A DNA stretch of 64,000 nt from Cyanobacteria bacterium J06626_4. GTDB taxonomy: Bacteria > Cyanobacteriota > Cyanobacteriia > Phormidesmidales > Phormidesmidaceae. Positions 21,009 through 30,056 of the stretch are shown piece by piece (the stretch's first letter is position 1; each line of letters begins with the position of its first letter). A program made the position numbers and the translations under genes. The notes under the pieces were generated by a model. It saw only the letters and a list, made by a program, of their open reading frames with translations, was not told the origin of the DNA and made no database searches. The DNA lies in contig JBCBJQ010000006.1 of assembly GCA_038523235.1 (NCBI GenBank), positions 11,387-75,386 on the forward strand, read 5' to 3'.

Positions 21009-21652
21009 CTTTGGAGCTGATGCCCGCAGTTGGCACAAAAGCGATCGCTCGGCTGTACTGCCGCGCCGCACTGACTACAAAAGTTGGCGACCTTAGGGGC
21101 AGCATTTGCGGCTGGCAAAGGGCTCGACGGAGCCGCCGGCGGCGTGGTCTCAGCGGCGGCATTACCCATCTGCATTTCCATATTGCCCATGCGCATTTGC
21201 ATCGGGTTGGCATTCATTTCCATATTGCCCATGGTCATCGGCGCTAGCGGCGGTATCGGGTCGATCGGCTGCATGGGGGGCATCGGTGGCATGGGATCCA
21301 TCGACGGCATGGGGGGCATTGGCGGCATCGGTGGGGGACTATTGGGCATGGAGGTAGCGATGCCCATCTGCATTTGCTGAGCGTTTCCTAAATTGGGAGT
21401 TTGGACCATGAGGCCCAGTTGGTTGCCCTGCAGTTGAATGTGATGGTTGCCCTGGGCGGTCGTCAGCCGAATGACCAGGCCTTGCACTGTGCGAAACAGC
21501 TCTGGTGGTGCCGTCCAGACGCCGGTGGTGAACTGACTGCCTGACTGCTGCTGTTGCCCAGCGCTACTCGTCGCCAGCGTGATGGTGGTTTGTTCGCCGA
21601 CGTTGTTTAAGAAGACTCTTTGGCCAGAGCCCAAATCACAGGTATATGCCAT
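21005..21652 (-). CDS. zinc-ribbon protein with Met/Pro-rich low-complexity core
   Basis: 215-aa ORF. C-terminal CSQCGAAV..FCANCGHQL zinc-ribbon. Central 71 residues contain 20 Met and many Pro. Confidence 0.7.
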   Translation of the reverse strand: MAYTCDLGSGQRVFLNNVGEQTTITLATSSAGQQQQSGSQFTTGVWTAPPELFRTVQGLVIRLTTAQGNHHIQLQGNQLGLMVQTPNLGNAQQMQMGIATSMPNSPPPMPPMPPMPSMDPMPPMPPMQPIDPIPPLAPMTMGNMEMNANPMQMRMGNMEMQMGNAAAETTPPAAPSSPLPAANAAPKVANFCSQCGAAVQPSDRFCANCGHQLQS

Positions 21653-21830
21653 GGTAATAAGCTGTCACTATCCTTCCTTTGAAACATCGAGGCGGCTAAG
21701 CGCAGGATGACGCTGCGTTCATCCGTTGCTTACTCAGTGCTGTGGTATTGGTAAACTCCGTTGCCCAAAAATCTATCCTAAAGACATCTGATCAAAACTG
21801 AAAAATTTGTGACTTTATCAGCTCAGTAAT

Positions 21831-23672
21831 TTAGAAATCGCCGTGATTCGCGATCGCGCTGGTCAGCCGTTCCATCACTTCATCGACGAGAATGGCCCCC
21901 AGTTCACCAGCGGCGCGGGTGCGAATGCTGAGGGCATTGGCCTCCTGCTCTTTGGCTCCCACAATCGCCATGACCGGGATTTTGCCTTTTTCGCCATTGC
22001 GAATCAGCTTGCCGAGGCGATCACCGCTGGTATCCACTTCGGCACGAATGCCTTGGCCTACCAGGCGATCGCACACCTGCTGGGCATAGCCCATAAGTTC
22101 GGTGGTGACGGGCAGCAGGCGAATCTGCACCGGCGCCAACCAAACGGGAAAATCGCCCGCATATTCTTCAATCAGAATGCCGATCAGGCGCTCTAGAGAA
22201 CCAAAGGGCGCCCGGTGAATCATCACCGGGCGCTGGCGGCTGCCATCTTCGGTCACATATTCCAGCTCAAACCGTTCGGGCAGATTGTAGTCAACCTGCA
22301 CAGTGCCCAACTGCCATTCGCGATCCAACGCATCGGTGAAAATAAAGTCGAGTTTCGGGCCGTAAAACGCCGCTTCGCCCACGCCCTCAAAGTAGTCCAT
22401 ACCCAATGTTTCTACCGCGCGTCGAATGGCATTCTCCGACGTTTCCCACACTTCATCCGAGCCGATGTATTTGTCAGAATCGGGATCACGGAAGCTGAGC
22501 CGCGCCTTAAACTGCTTAAGTTGTAGGCTCTTGAACACGGTGAGGATTAAATCCACCACTTTCAAAAACTCATCATCGAGCTGCTCGGGTGTCACGAACA
22601 GGTGCGCATCATCGACGGTGAAGCCGCGCACGCGGGTCAGCCCGCCCAACTCGCCCGACTGCTCGTAGCGATAAACGGTGCCAAATTCCGCCAGGCGAAT
22701 CGGCAGCTCTCGATAAGACCGCAGCTCACTCTTAAAAATCTGAATGTGGAACGGACAGTTCATCGGCTTCATGACAAAGCCCAGTTCGTCAGCGCGATCG
22801 CCGTCATCCTCGGCCATCATTGGGAACATGTCTTCTTTATACTTTTGCCAGTGCCCCGAAGTTTTGAAGAGATCCGTGCGGGCGATATGGGGCGTAACGA
22901 CGGGCAAATAGCCCCGCTTGAGCTGCTCCTTCTTCAGGAAATCTTCTAGAGTCGATCGCAAGAGAGTGCCTTTGGGTGTCCACAATGGCAATCCCGGCCC
23001 GACGATATCGGTGAAGATAAACAGCCCCAGCTCTTTCCCCAATTTGCGGTGGTCGCGGCGTTTGGCTTCTTCGCGGCGGCGCTTATATTCCGCCAGCTGT
23101 TCGGGAGTTTCCCAGGCGGTGCCATAGATGCGCTGCAGCTGCGCCTTGCTGGAATCACCGCGCCAATAGGCTCCCGCGACCGATTCCAGTTCAAAGGCCT
23201 TCGGGTGCAAATCTTTGGTGGTTTCTACGTGGGGGCCAGCGCAGAGATCCCACCAGTCCTCACCCAGGTGATATATCGTAATCGGGTCTTCCAGCCCTTC
23301 TAAGATCTCTAGTTTGTAAGACTCCCCGAGTGCTTGGATGCGGCGCTGAGCTTCTTCCCGGCTCACCTCTTCCCGCTCAACCGGCAAACCCTTATTGATG
23401 ATTTTGATCATCTGCTTTTTAATCGCCTTGAGATCCTTTTCGGTAAAGGCGTCAGGGCTATCGAAGTCATAATAAAAGCCGTAGTCAATCGACGGGCCGA
23501 TGGTGACCTGCGCCTTGGGAAACAGCTTTTGCACCGCCATCGCCATCACATGGGAAAACGTATGGCGAATGCGCTTAAGCTTTTCCGACTCGTTGGTGCG
23601 AGGAAGATGAATCTTTTCGGGCAGGTCGTCGGCTTGATCCATAGTGAGCGGGTGAGAGGATGGCGAGGTCAC
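21831..23672 (-). CDS. thrS: threonine--tRNA ligase
   Basis: 613-aa ORF. Class II motifs (FRDPDSDKY.., HRAPFGSLERLIGILIEE) and an anticodon-binding C-domain. Confidence 0.97.
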   Translation of the reverse strand: MTSPSSHPLTMDQADDLPEKIHLPRTNESEKLKRIRHTFSHVMAMAVQKLFPKAQVTIGPSIDYGFYYDFDSPDAFTEKDLKAIKKQMIKIINKGLPVEREEVSREEAQRRIQALGESYKLEILEGLEDPITIYHLGEDWWDLCAGPHVETTKDLHPKAFELESVAGAYWRGDSSKAQLQRIYGTAWETPEQLAEYKRRREEAKRRDHRKLGKELGLFIFTDIVGPGLPLWTPKGTLLRSTLEDFLKKEQLKRGYLPVVTPHIARTDLFKTSGHWQKYKEDMFPMMAEDDGDRADELGFVMKPMNCPFHIQIFKSELRSYRELPIRLAEFGTVYRYEQSGELGGLTRVRGFTVDDAHLFVTPEQLDDEFLKVVDLILTVFKSLQLKQFKARLSFRDPDSDKYIGSDEVWETSENAIRRAVETLGMDYFEGVGEAAFYGPKLDFIFTDALDREWQLGTVQVDYNLPERFELEYVTEDGSRQRPVMIHRAPFGSLERLIGILIEEYAGDFPVWLAPVQIRLLPVTTELMGYAQQVCDRLVGQGIRAEVDTSGDRLGKLIRNGEKGKIPVMAIVGAKEQEANALSIRTRAAGELGAILVDEVMERLTSAIANHGDF

Positions 23673-23908
23673 AACAGATAGTCTACAAGGGAAGGTTAAA
23701 GTCCTACCGGGTTCTGCTGCTGCTTTTATCCTAATCGGTGAGATCGCGGTTGGGGGCGGCGATCGCGTCTAGTCCCAGCGAATCCACCCCTTGGATGTAG
23801 CCGTGAAGGGCCAGGGGTGAATTTTGACCTCAACCCTCGTCCCAAAGTCGTCAAGAGGGGGGCGTTTCTCCTCAGATTTCGGCAATGTGTTGACTAGTGG
23901 AGCCGCGC

Positions 23909-23937
23909 TTGACAGCACTCACCCAGCACCCTAAGGT
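23909..23937 (+). promoter_or_regulatory. sigma70-type promoter candidate
   Basis: TTGACA (23909-23914), a 17-nt spacer, then TAAGGT (23932-23937), ~90 nt upstream of the 24024 ORF. Pattern match only. Confidence 0.3.
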
Positions 23938-24023
23938 CAAAGCCTAGTGACTCAGCGGGCGATCGCTGCCGCTGACCGTCGCCCTGCCATTGCTCCCGCC
24001 CTCTTACAGGAATTTAGCCGCCC

Positions 24024-24320
24024 ATGCGTTGCACTATCATTAGCCGTGCCGGACAAGTTCTTGCCCACGGACGGCTGTTTATCAGTCATGAAGAAGACGG
24101 CCTGCGACTCAATTTAGAAACAGATCGCGGTCTGATTTTGCCGGGTGGTCTGCTCGAAGACGATGGCGACATGACGGTGGCGAGCGGCGTGCTGGCAGAT
24201 CAGTTTTTTGATGTGTGGGGCATGAGCGACCTCACCTTGAGCATTCAATGCGGCCATCAAGGCGATGCCCCCAACGGCATGTTGCCGCCCTCTGGCGATA
24301 TCGATATGTCGCTGCTGTAA
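24024..24320 (+). CDS. hypothetical protein (98 aa)
   Basis: ATG ORF immediately upstream of the NACHT gene on the same strand. No recognisable motif. Confidence 0.45.
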   Translation: MRCTIISRAGQVLAHGRLFISHEEDGLRLNLETDRGLILPGGLLEDDGDMTVASGVLADQFFDVWGMSDLTLSIQCGHQGDAPNGMLPPSGDIDMSLL

Positions 24321-24388
24321 AAATCATTCAGTCCCCATCGCCGCGCAAAATTTGGCGCTATCGTTGGCCTTAAGCGTTGGAGCAAGCG

Positions 24389-26590
24389 ATGGCTTTTTGG
24401 GAAAGTGCAATTAGTGGCATCGCGGTCACAATTGTTGAGCAATCAATTAAAGCTGGTGGTTGGGTCGGCAACCAAATGAAAAAAGCCTACCAAGACACTC
24501 AGCAGTGGCAAAGGCTTGACCAAGCTAATAAGGACTACGTGCAGCGCTACGAAAAGCGCCACTGCCAGGTGAAGATGATGCCGGGGCTGATGAAGGAGCC
24601 CTTGCCCCTAGAAGATATCTACACGGCGGTGAAGCTGCTGGATGATGACAGTATTGGCGCTTTTATCCGGGTAGATGACCTAGAAGAAACCTATCGGGCC
24701 AAAGGGCGACGTAGCTTTGGCCGAGATGAGGGGGAGCGACAAGACGGTATCCCGGTTGCCAATGCCGAGCCGTATTTGATGGTGCTGGGCGGCCCTGGTA
24801 TCGGTAAATCGACCTTTTTACGCAAGATTGGCCTGGAAGCGCTGAAAAAAGACGGTCAGATTAAGCGCGACTGCATTCCGGTGCTGATTGAGCTGAAGGA
24901 ACTGCGCGATGAAACCGTTGACCTGAAGCAAAAGCTGGTGGCGGAGTTTGAGACCTGTGGCTTTCCGGCAGCGGCGGCGTTTACTGCAGCCTCGTTAGAG
25001 CAGGGCAAACTGCTGGTGCTGCTGGACGGGCTGGATGAAGTGCCCACCCGTAACCTCAACACGGTGATTGAGCACATCGAAGATTTTGTCGATGCCCATG
25101 ACCAAAATACGTTTGTCGCCTCTTGCCGCATCGCCGCCTATCGCGGCAGTCAGGGCACTTTCTTTCAGCGCTTTACCGATGTCACCCTGGCCGAGTTTGA
25201 TGACGAGCAAATTGAGCAGTTCATTCGCCGCTGGTTTCGTTCAGAGCTGGATCAGCAGACCGGTACCGCTGACAAATATTGGGAGCTGTTGCAAAAGGAC
25301 GAAAACCAAGCCACGAAAGAACTGGCTCAAACGCCGCTGCTGCTGACGTTTCTTTGTTTGGTTTACGATCGTCAGCAAATGCTGCCGACCCAACGCAGCA
25401 CCCTGTATGGCAAGGCGCTCGATATTTTGCTGTCGGAATGGTCGGCCCAAAAGCGACTAGAGCATGATCCGATTTACGAAGGCTTTCACCCCGATTTAGA
25501 AAAGGTGCTGCTGGCGCAGATTGCCTACGACAGCTTTAAGCAAGACCAACTGTTCTTTTTGAAGGATGATATTACCCGCCGCATCGGTGAGTTTTTGGCC
25601 GATACGTTGGATGCACCCAAGCACTTGGATGGAGCAGCGGTATTAAGCGCAATTGAACGACAGCAGGGTATTTTGGTCGAGCGAGCTACCGATATCTATT
25701 CGTTTTCACACCTGACGCTGCAAGAATATCTCACGGCATTTCATATTGTGGAAGCGCGGTTAGAAGCTGAGGTAATCAAGCAGCATTTGACTGACGAGCG
25801 CTGGCGCGAGGTGTTTTTGTTGATGTCAGGCCTAAGCGGCAATCGCGCCATCGACCTGCTGCAGGGGCTATATAGTCAGTCACAGACCTACCGGCAAGGG
25901 TATCTTAGGCTTGGCCAACTGCTTCAGTGGACCAGCGATAGTACTGCTGGTTCTGGAAACATGTACTTACCACTAGCTAAAAGAGCCAGTGCGCTGGCGA
26001 CAGCGATCTCGTTCACCTTTGCCTTTGCTAGCGCCATCGCCAGAAACAGCGACAGCGACAGCGCCATCTCCTTTGCCAGCGCCAGCGTTCTCGACAGCGC
26101 CATCTCCATCGCCAGAAACAGCGACAGCACCATCATCAGAAACATTTTCGACGACCCCTTCGAAAGCGATATCGCCAACGACATCGCTTTCACCATTGCC
26201 TTCGGCGTCGCCAATGCCAGCACCAACCCCAGAACCAGCGCTAGGGCTAGAATCAGCGCTAGAGTCAGCAATGTTGCTAACGACCTTGAGCATATATTTG
26301 AAAGCCCTAAATTTGCAGATTTGCCCGCTCAGTCAAAACAGCTGTCAGATCAGGTGCCTGACGAGAAAGATGCTCCCGAAGCTTGGCAAGCCTGGGCCGA
26401 TGAGCTGGAAGCACTCTGGTTAGATGCCCTTGACCTTGATCGCGCCGACCTGACCTTCACACAGGAAGAAACCGAAGCTCTACGCGACTATCTGTACGCG
26501 ACGGAGCTGCTGATTTGCTGTAAGGATGCGGCGGTGCGCATTCCTAAGCAGGCATGGGCTGAGCTGGAGGCGCGTTTGCTCATGGTGTAG
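24389..26590 (+). CDS. NACHT-domain STAND NTPase
   Basis: Walker A MVLGGPGIGKSTFL, Walker B KLLVLLDGLDEV, a downstream winged-helix/helical region, a C-terminal A/S/D/I short-repeat block, and a terminal helical domain. ATG 24389 (the ORF opens at TTG 24377). Confidence 0.9.
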   Translation: MAFWESAISGIAVTIVEQSIKAGGWVGNQMKKAYQDTQQWQRLDQANKDYVQRYEKRHCQVKMMPGLMKEPLPLEDIYTAVKLLDDDSIGAFIRVDDLEETYRAKGRRSFGRDEGERQDGIPVANAEPYLMVLGGPGIGKSTFLRKIGLEALKKDGQIKRDCIPVLIELKELRDETVDLKQKLVAEFETCGFPAAAAFTAASLEQGKLLVLLDGLDEVPTRNLNTVIEHIEDFVDAHDQNTFVASCRIAAYRGSQGTFFQRFTDVTLAEFDDEQIEQFIRRWFRSELDQQTGTADKYWELLQKDENQATKELAQTPLLLTFLCLVYDRQQMLPTQRSTLYGKALDILLSEWSAQKRLEHDPIYEGFHPDLEKVLLAQIAYDSFKQDQLFFLKDDITRRIGEFLADTLDAPKHLDGAAVLSAIERQQGILVERATDIYSFSHLTLQEYLTAFHIVEARLEAEVIKQHLTDERWREVFLLMSGLSGNRAIDLLQGLYSQSQTYRQGYLRLGQLLQWTSDSTAGSGNMYLPLAKRASALATAISFTFAFASAIARNSDSDSAISFASASVLDSAISIARNSDSTIIRNIFDDPFESDIANDIAFTIAFGVANASTNPRTSARARISARVSNVANDLEHIFESPKFADLPAQSKQLSDQVPDEKDAPEAWQAWADELEALWLDALDLDRADLTFTQEETEALRDYLYATELLICCKDAAVRIPKQAWAELEARLLMV

Positions 26591-26768
26591 CTACCGTGCC
26601 GTTTGGGCACTGCGTCGATCGCTCACGCTGGGAACAATCCTTTGCCGCGATCGCTCTACAAATGCAAGTAGGGTGAGCATCGCCACACGATTTGTTGTGT
26701 TGAGTCTTGATGGGGACTGACTGCTCTACGCTGAGTGAGTGCCCCTTTATACTTACTGCATTTATTTG

Positions 26769-28049
26769 ATGATTAACTTCAACGCTTTACGTCACCTGGC
26801 GAGCGGCCTGGCCCTTTCTCTCACCGTCGGCCTGGTGACCGGAACCGCCACCCCAAGCCCGAGTGAGGCAAACGAATTGCCGCCTCAACTGGCCCAAGCC
26901 ACGGTGGCCTTTTCCGATATTAGCGGCAACCTCTATGAAGCCGAAATTATTCGAGCGGCGCAGCTGGGCCTGATTGCTGGCCCGGGCGATGGCACTTTTC
27001 GCCCCAACAACACCGTCACCCGTGAGCAAGCCGTGTCGATTATTTTGGCCTACGGCGGGGTCACCAATGCCGCGACCAGCGAGGCGACCAATCCCTTTAG
27101 CGACGTGCCAGCGGGCCGTTGGAGCGCCGACAAAATTGCCTATGCGGCGCAAATCCGCATTGTGGCGGGCCGAGGCGATGGTCGTTTTGACCCGACGGCC
27201 ACCGTCACCCGCGCCGAGCTGATGTCGATGCTCGACAATGCCCAAGATTTTTTTGCCGCGCCACGCGAGCCTTTCCCTGAGCCTAACTTCACTTTTTCCG
27301 ATATGACGGGTCATTGGGCAGCGGATACCGTCGCTTGGATGACTCAATTTTGTGACGGTGTGGCCCGGCCCCTCAACGAGTCGGGCACGGCCTTTGCCCC
27401 CGATGCCGGTGCCACCCGTGCCTACACAGCGGCGGCGGTGACCCGCTTAGCGGACTGTGCTGACTACGAAAATGGCACGGCACCCTCGGGTGCGATCGCC
27501 CCCGAGGTGAGCCAACCGCCGCCGCCAGAGACGCCACAGGTGGCTGGGGCGATCGATCAAACGACGATCACGGCCCTGCTAGAGGCCCACAACCGTTACC
27601 GCGCCGAGGTAGGGGTGCCGCCGCTCACCTGGTCGCCGACCTTAGCGGCAGGGGCCCAAGCCTGGGCCAATGCTTTAGTGTTTGAACATAGCAGTGGCAG
27701 CGGCGTGGGCGAAAATCTGGCCGTCGATGTGGGCTCTGACGCCAGCCTGACGTCGATTTTGGGGCTAGTCGATAATTGGGCGGTGGAAAAGAACAATAAC
27801 TATATCCCCGGCATCTCCTTTAGTGAAGCAAGGACCCGAGCGTCTGGCGTAATTGGGCATTACACCCAAATGGTTTGGCGCGATACGACGGAGGTCGGCT
27901 GTGGGGTGGCGCGAGGCGTGCATCGCGATGGCAATGGCGGCGTGCTGTTCCCGAGTTTTGTCGATCAGGCGGGAAATCCGGTGCCGGGTAATTATTTGGT
28001 CTGCCGGTATAGTCCCCAAGGCAACATCTTGAATCAAGTGCCGTACTAG
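26769..28049 (+). CDS. secreted SLH-domain (x3) protein with C-terminal CAP/SCP/PR-1 domain
   Basis: Signal peptide (ATG 26769). Three SLH-like repeats (FSDI..AG.GDGTFRPN..VTREQ, FSDVPAGRW.., FSDMTGHWA..). C-terminal CAP motifs (HNRYRAEVGVPPLTWS, GHYTQMVWRDTTEVGCG, YLVCRYSPQGN). Confidence 0.85.
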   Translation: MINFNALRHLASGLALSLTVGLVTGTATPSPSEANELPPQLAQATVAFSDISGNLYEAEIIRAAQLGLIAGPGDGTFRPNNTVTREQAVSIILAYGGVTNAATSEATNPFSDVPAGRWSADKIAYAAQIRIVAGRGDGRFDPTATVTRAELMSMLDNAQDFFAAPREPFPEPNFTFSDMTGHWAADTVAWMTQFCDGVARPLNESGTAFAPDAGATRAYTAAAVTRLADCADYENGTAPSGAIAPEVSQPPPPETPQVAGAIDQTTITALLEAHNRYRAEVGVPPLTWSPTLAAGAQAWANALVFEHSSGSGVGENLAVDVGSDASLTSILGLVDNWAVEKNNNYIPGISFSEARTRASGVIGHYTQMVWRDTTEVGCGVARGVHRDGNGGVLFPSFVDQAGNPVPGNYLVCRYSPQGNILNQVPY

Positions 28050-28191
28050 GGGCTGTCATCAATTAGCGGTTAAGTCCTAATGCTGAAAGCAGTTCAGCCC
28101 CTAGCCAATTTTACAGAGCGGGCGCGGTAATGCCTATACCGAAAGCATTCTGGGTTTAATTGATAACGCGCCCTAAGGGAAGGGGGCTGTT

Positions 28192-29835
28192 CTACAGGTT
28201 TAGTACTAGCTGGTCAACCGACGATTGCGGCTGGGGCTGGCGTTTGCGCGCTTTGGGCGGCGTGATGTTGGTGTGGGCAACAAACCAGGTGCGGAGTGCC
28301 CTCGCCTGGGTGGTATCCAACGTGGCCAAATCGAGGGGCGGCGGAAACAGGGTTTCGGTCGGGGTATTGGCCCAAGTGACATCGCTGGTATAGCGATCGC
28401 TGCCAAAGGGGGTAACGTCATCCGGTAGGGCGGCCAGATAGGGCACTACATTGGTTTGACTGAGGAAGCGACCGCGCTGGGTTTCGAGCTGCGCAACTCG
28501 CTTTTGTCGGGCGGCGGCATAGTCCAAAATGGGGGCGGGGTAGCTATCCACCGGCGGCGGCGTGCCCAACTGCTGGGGCGAGAGCTGGGCCAGCTCCGGC
28601 ACCCAGCGTTTGATGAATTGGCCTTCGGGGTCGCAGCGATCGACTGCCACCTGCCCCGGATTGTAGATGCGCGTCCACGACTTATCGAGGCAGTGGGTGA
28701 CGCCCGACTGCATGGCCCACTGGTAATGATCGATCGGGCAGTCGCCATCGATCAGGTGTCGCATAAAGTGCAGCGCCCCCAGTCGCCAGTCCATCCCCAA
28801 CAAATTGCCTAAAAAGCTGGCATAAATTGCCCGCGATCGAAAGTTGAGCGCTTGCCAACCGCCGGTCGCCTGCAGGCAACGCGCCGCCGCATCCACCATG
28901 GGAAAGCCCGTTTGCCCCACCTGCCAGGCGCGATAGCGATCTTCGTCAAACTCCCAGCCATCTTCATCAAAGACGGTGTAGAGCGATCGCAGCTCTAACT
29001 GCGGCAAATAGCGAAAGCGTTGGGCAAAACCGCTGCCCCAGCGCAGGCGAGCTAACAGCTGCTGCTGACTGCGCTTAATGCGAAAGTCGCCGTGGTCAGG
29101 CGCTTGCTGCAGGGTCTGCACGCATTCCCGCACGGAGATCGCCCCAAACTTAATGTGGGGACTCAGCCCCGTCGTCGCCTCGGCACTGGGATAGGAAAGT
29201 TGCCAATAGTAGCGATCGCTTTTGTCAGTAAAAAATTGCGTCAACAGCTCACGGGCCGCAGCGGTGCCCCCGGCAGGAATCAGCTTGTCATCGGGCACAT
29301 GGGCTAAATCCGTGAGGGCAGGCAGAGCATCGCTGGCGATTTCTGGGGGCACTTCGATGCGCGGCGGTGTCGGCACTGGGGCGGCTGCCATATCTCGCCA
29401 CCAGCGCGATCGGTACTGCGGATAAGCCATCAAGTCGGGCCGGCTAGCGGGCGGTTCAAACCAGCGAATCTTCATGCCGCGATCGGCTAAGGCGGCGTTA
29501 AGCCGAGCGTCGCGCACGCGGCCATAAATGCGTTCGCAATCGGTGTAGGCGTAGATGCCTTCGGCCCCGGTCGCGGCGACCAAATCGGGGAGGACCGTGA
29601 CCGGATCGCCCGATCGCAAAATCAGACGTCCTCCGCGACTTTGCAGATCGGCATCCAGCGAGGCCAGGCAATCCAACATAAAGGCCACCCGCGCTGAGCC
29701 CGTTTCTGGATGCAGCAGGAGTGATCGATCAAAGACAAAAATCGGTATCACCAAACCGCGCCGCGCCGCTCGAAACAGAGGCTCGTGGTCACAAATACGC
29801 AAATCTCGGCGAAACCAAACAATCGTGCGATTCAT
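28192..29835 (-). CDS. cryptochrome/photolyase family protein
   Basis: 547-aa ORF. N-terminal IVWFRRDLRICDHEPL photolyase alpha/beta domain and a FAD-binding helical domain. About 85 aa of C-terminal extension. I could not assign a subclass. Confidence 0.9.
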   Translation of the reverse strand: MNRTIVWFRRDLRICDHEPLFRAARRGLVIPIFVFDRSLLLHPETGSARVAFMLDCLASLDADLQSRGGRLILRSGDPVTVLPDLVAATGAEGIYAYTDCERIYGRVRDARLNAALADRGMKIRWFEPPASRPDLMAYPQYRSRWWRDMAAAPVPTPPRIEVPPEIASDALPALTDLAHVPDDKLIPAGGTAAARELLTQFFTDKSDRYYWQLSYPSAEATTGLSPHIKFGAISVRECVQTLQQAPDHGDFRIKRSQQQLLARLRWGSGFAQRFRYLPQLELRSLYTVFDEDGWEFDEDRYRAWQVGQTGFPMVDAAARCLQATGGWQALNFRSRAIYASFLGNLLGMDWRLGALHFMRHLIDGDCPIDHYQWAMQSGVTHCLDKSWTRIYNPGQVAVDRCDPEGQFIKRWVPELAQLSPQQLGTPPPVDSYPAPILDYAAARQKRVAQLETQRGRFLSQTNVVPYLAALPDDVTPFGSDRYTSDVTWANTPTETLFPPPLDLATLDTTQARALRTWFVAHTNITPPKARKRQPQPQSSVDQLVLNL

Positions 29836-30056
29836 GGTGACAGCGGCTAGACAGACCAGAGAGACAGGAAAATACTCGTTTTGTCACCTTAGCAAATCTT
29901 CAAAATCGTGACCTCTTAGGCGAGCCCCTTTACTAGTTGAATACACTTGTACTACTATTGACATAGATTCAATCCCCGCTCTGAAATCGTTGCCTGAGTT
30001 TGCGACCCAGCGCTGACCGATTTAACGAGCTTCACCGTTGTTGAGGAGGGCAAATC

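Noticed and set aside
21240-21340. ~9-nt periodic DNA repeat that could be mistaken for a mini-array or CRISPR-like structure.
   Set aside because: The period is far too short and there are no spacers. It encodes the PMP repeats of the zinc-ribbon protein. No CRISPR repeat-spacer architecture exists anywhere in the window.
23673-24023. Possible T-box or leader riboswitch upstream of thrS.
   Set aside because: I could find no specifier-loop or T-box (AGGGTGGNACCGCG-like) sequence, and no terminator/antiterminator alternative on the minus strand. The region looks like a plain divergent promoter spacer.
25924-26423. Three overlapping alternative-frame ORFs (25924-26271 -, 25973-26293 -, 25989-26423 +) over the NACHT repeat block.
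   Set aside because: They are open only because the underlying sequence is a low-complexity GCC/AGC/GAC repeat. The NACHT frame is continuous through the region, with conserved domains on both sides.
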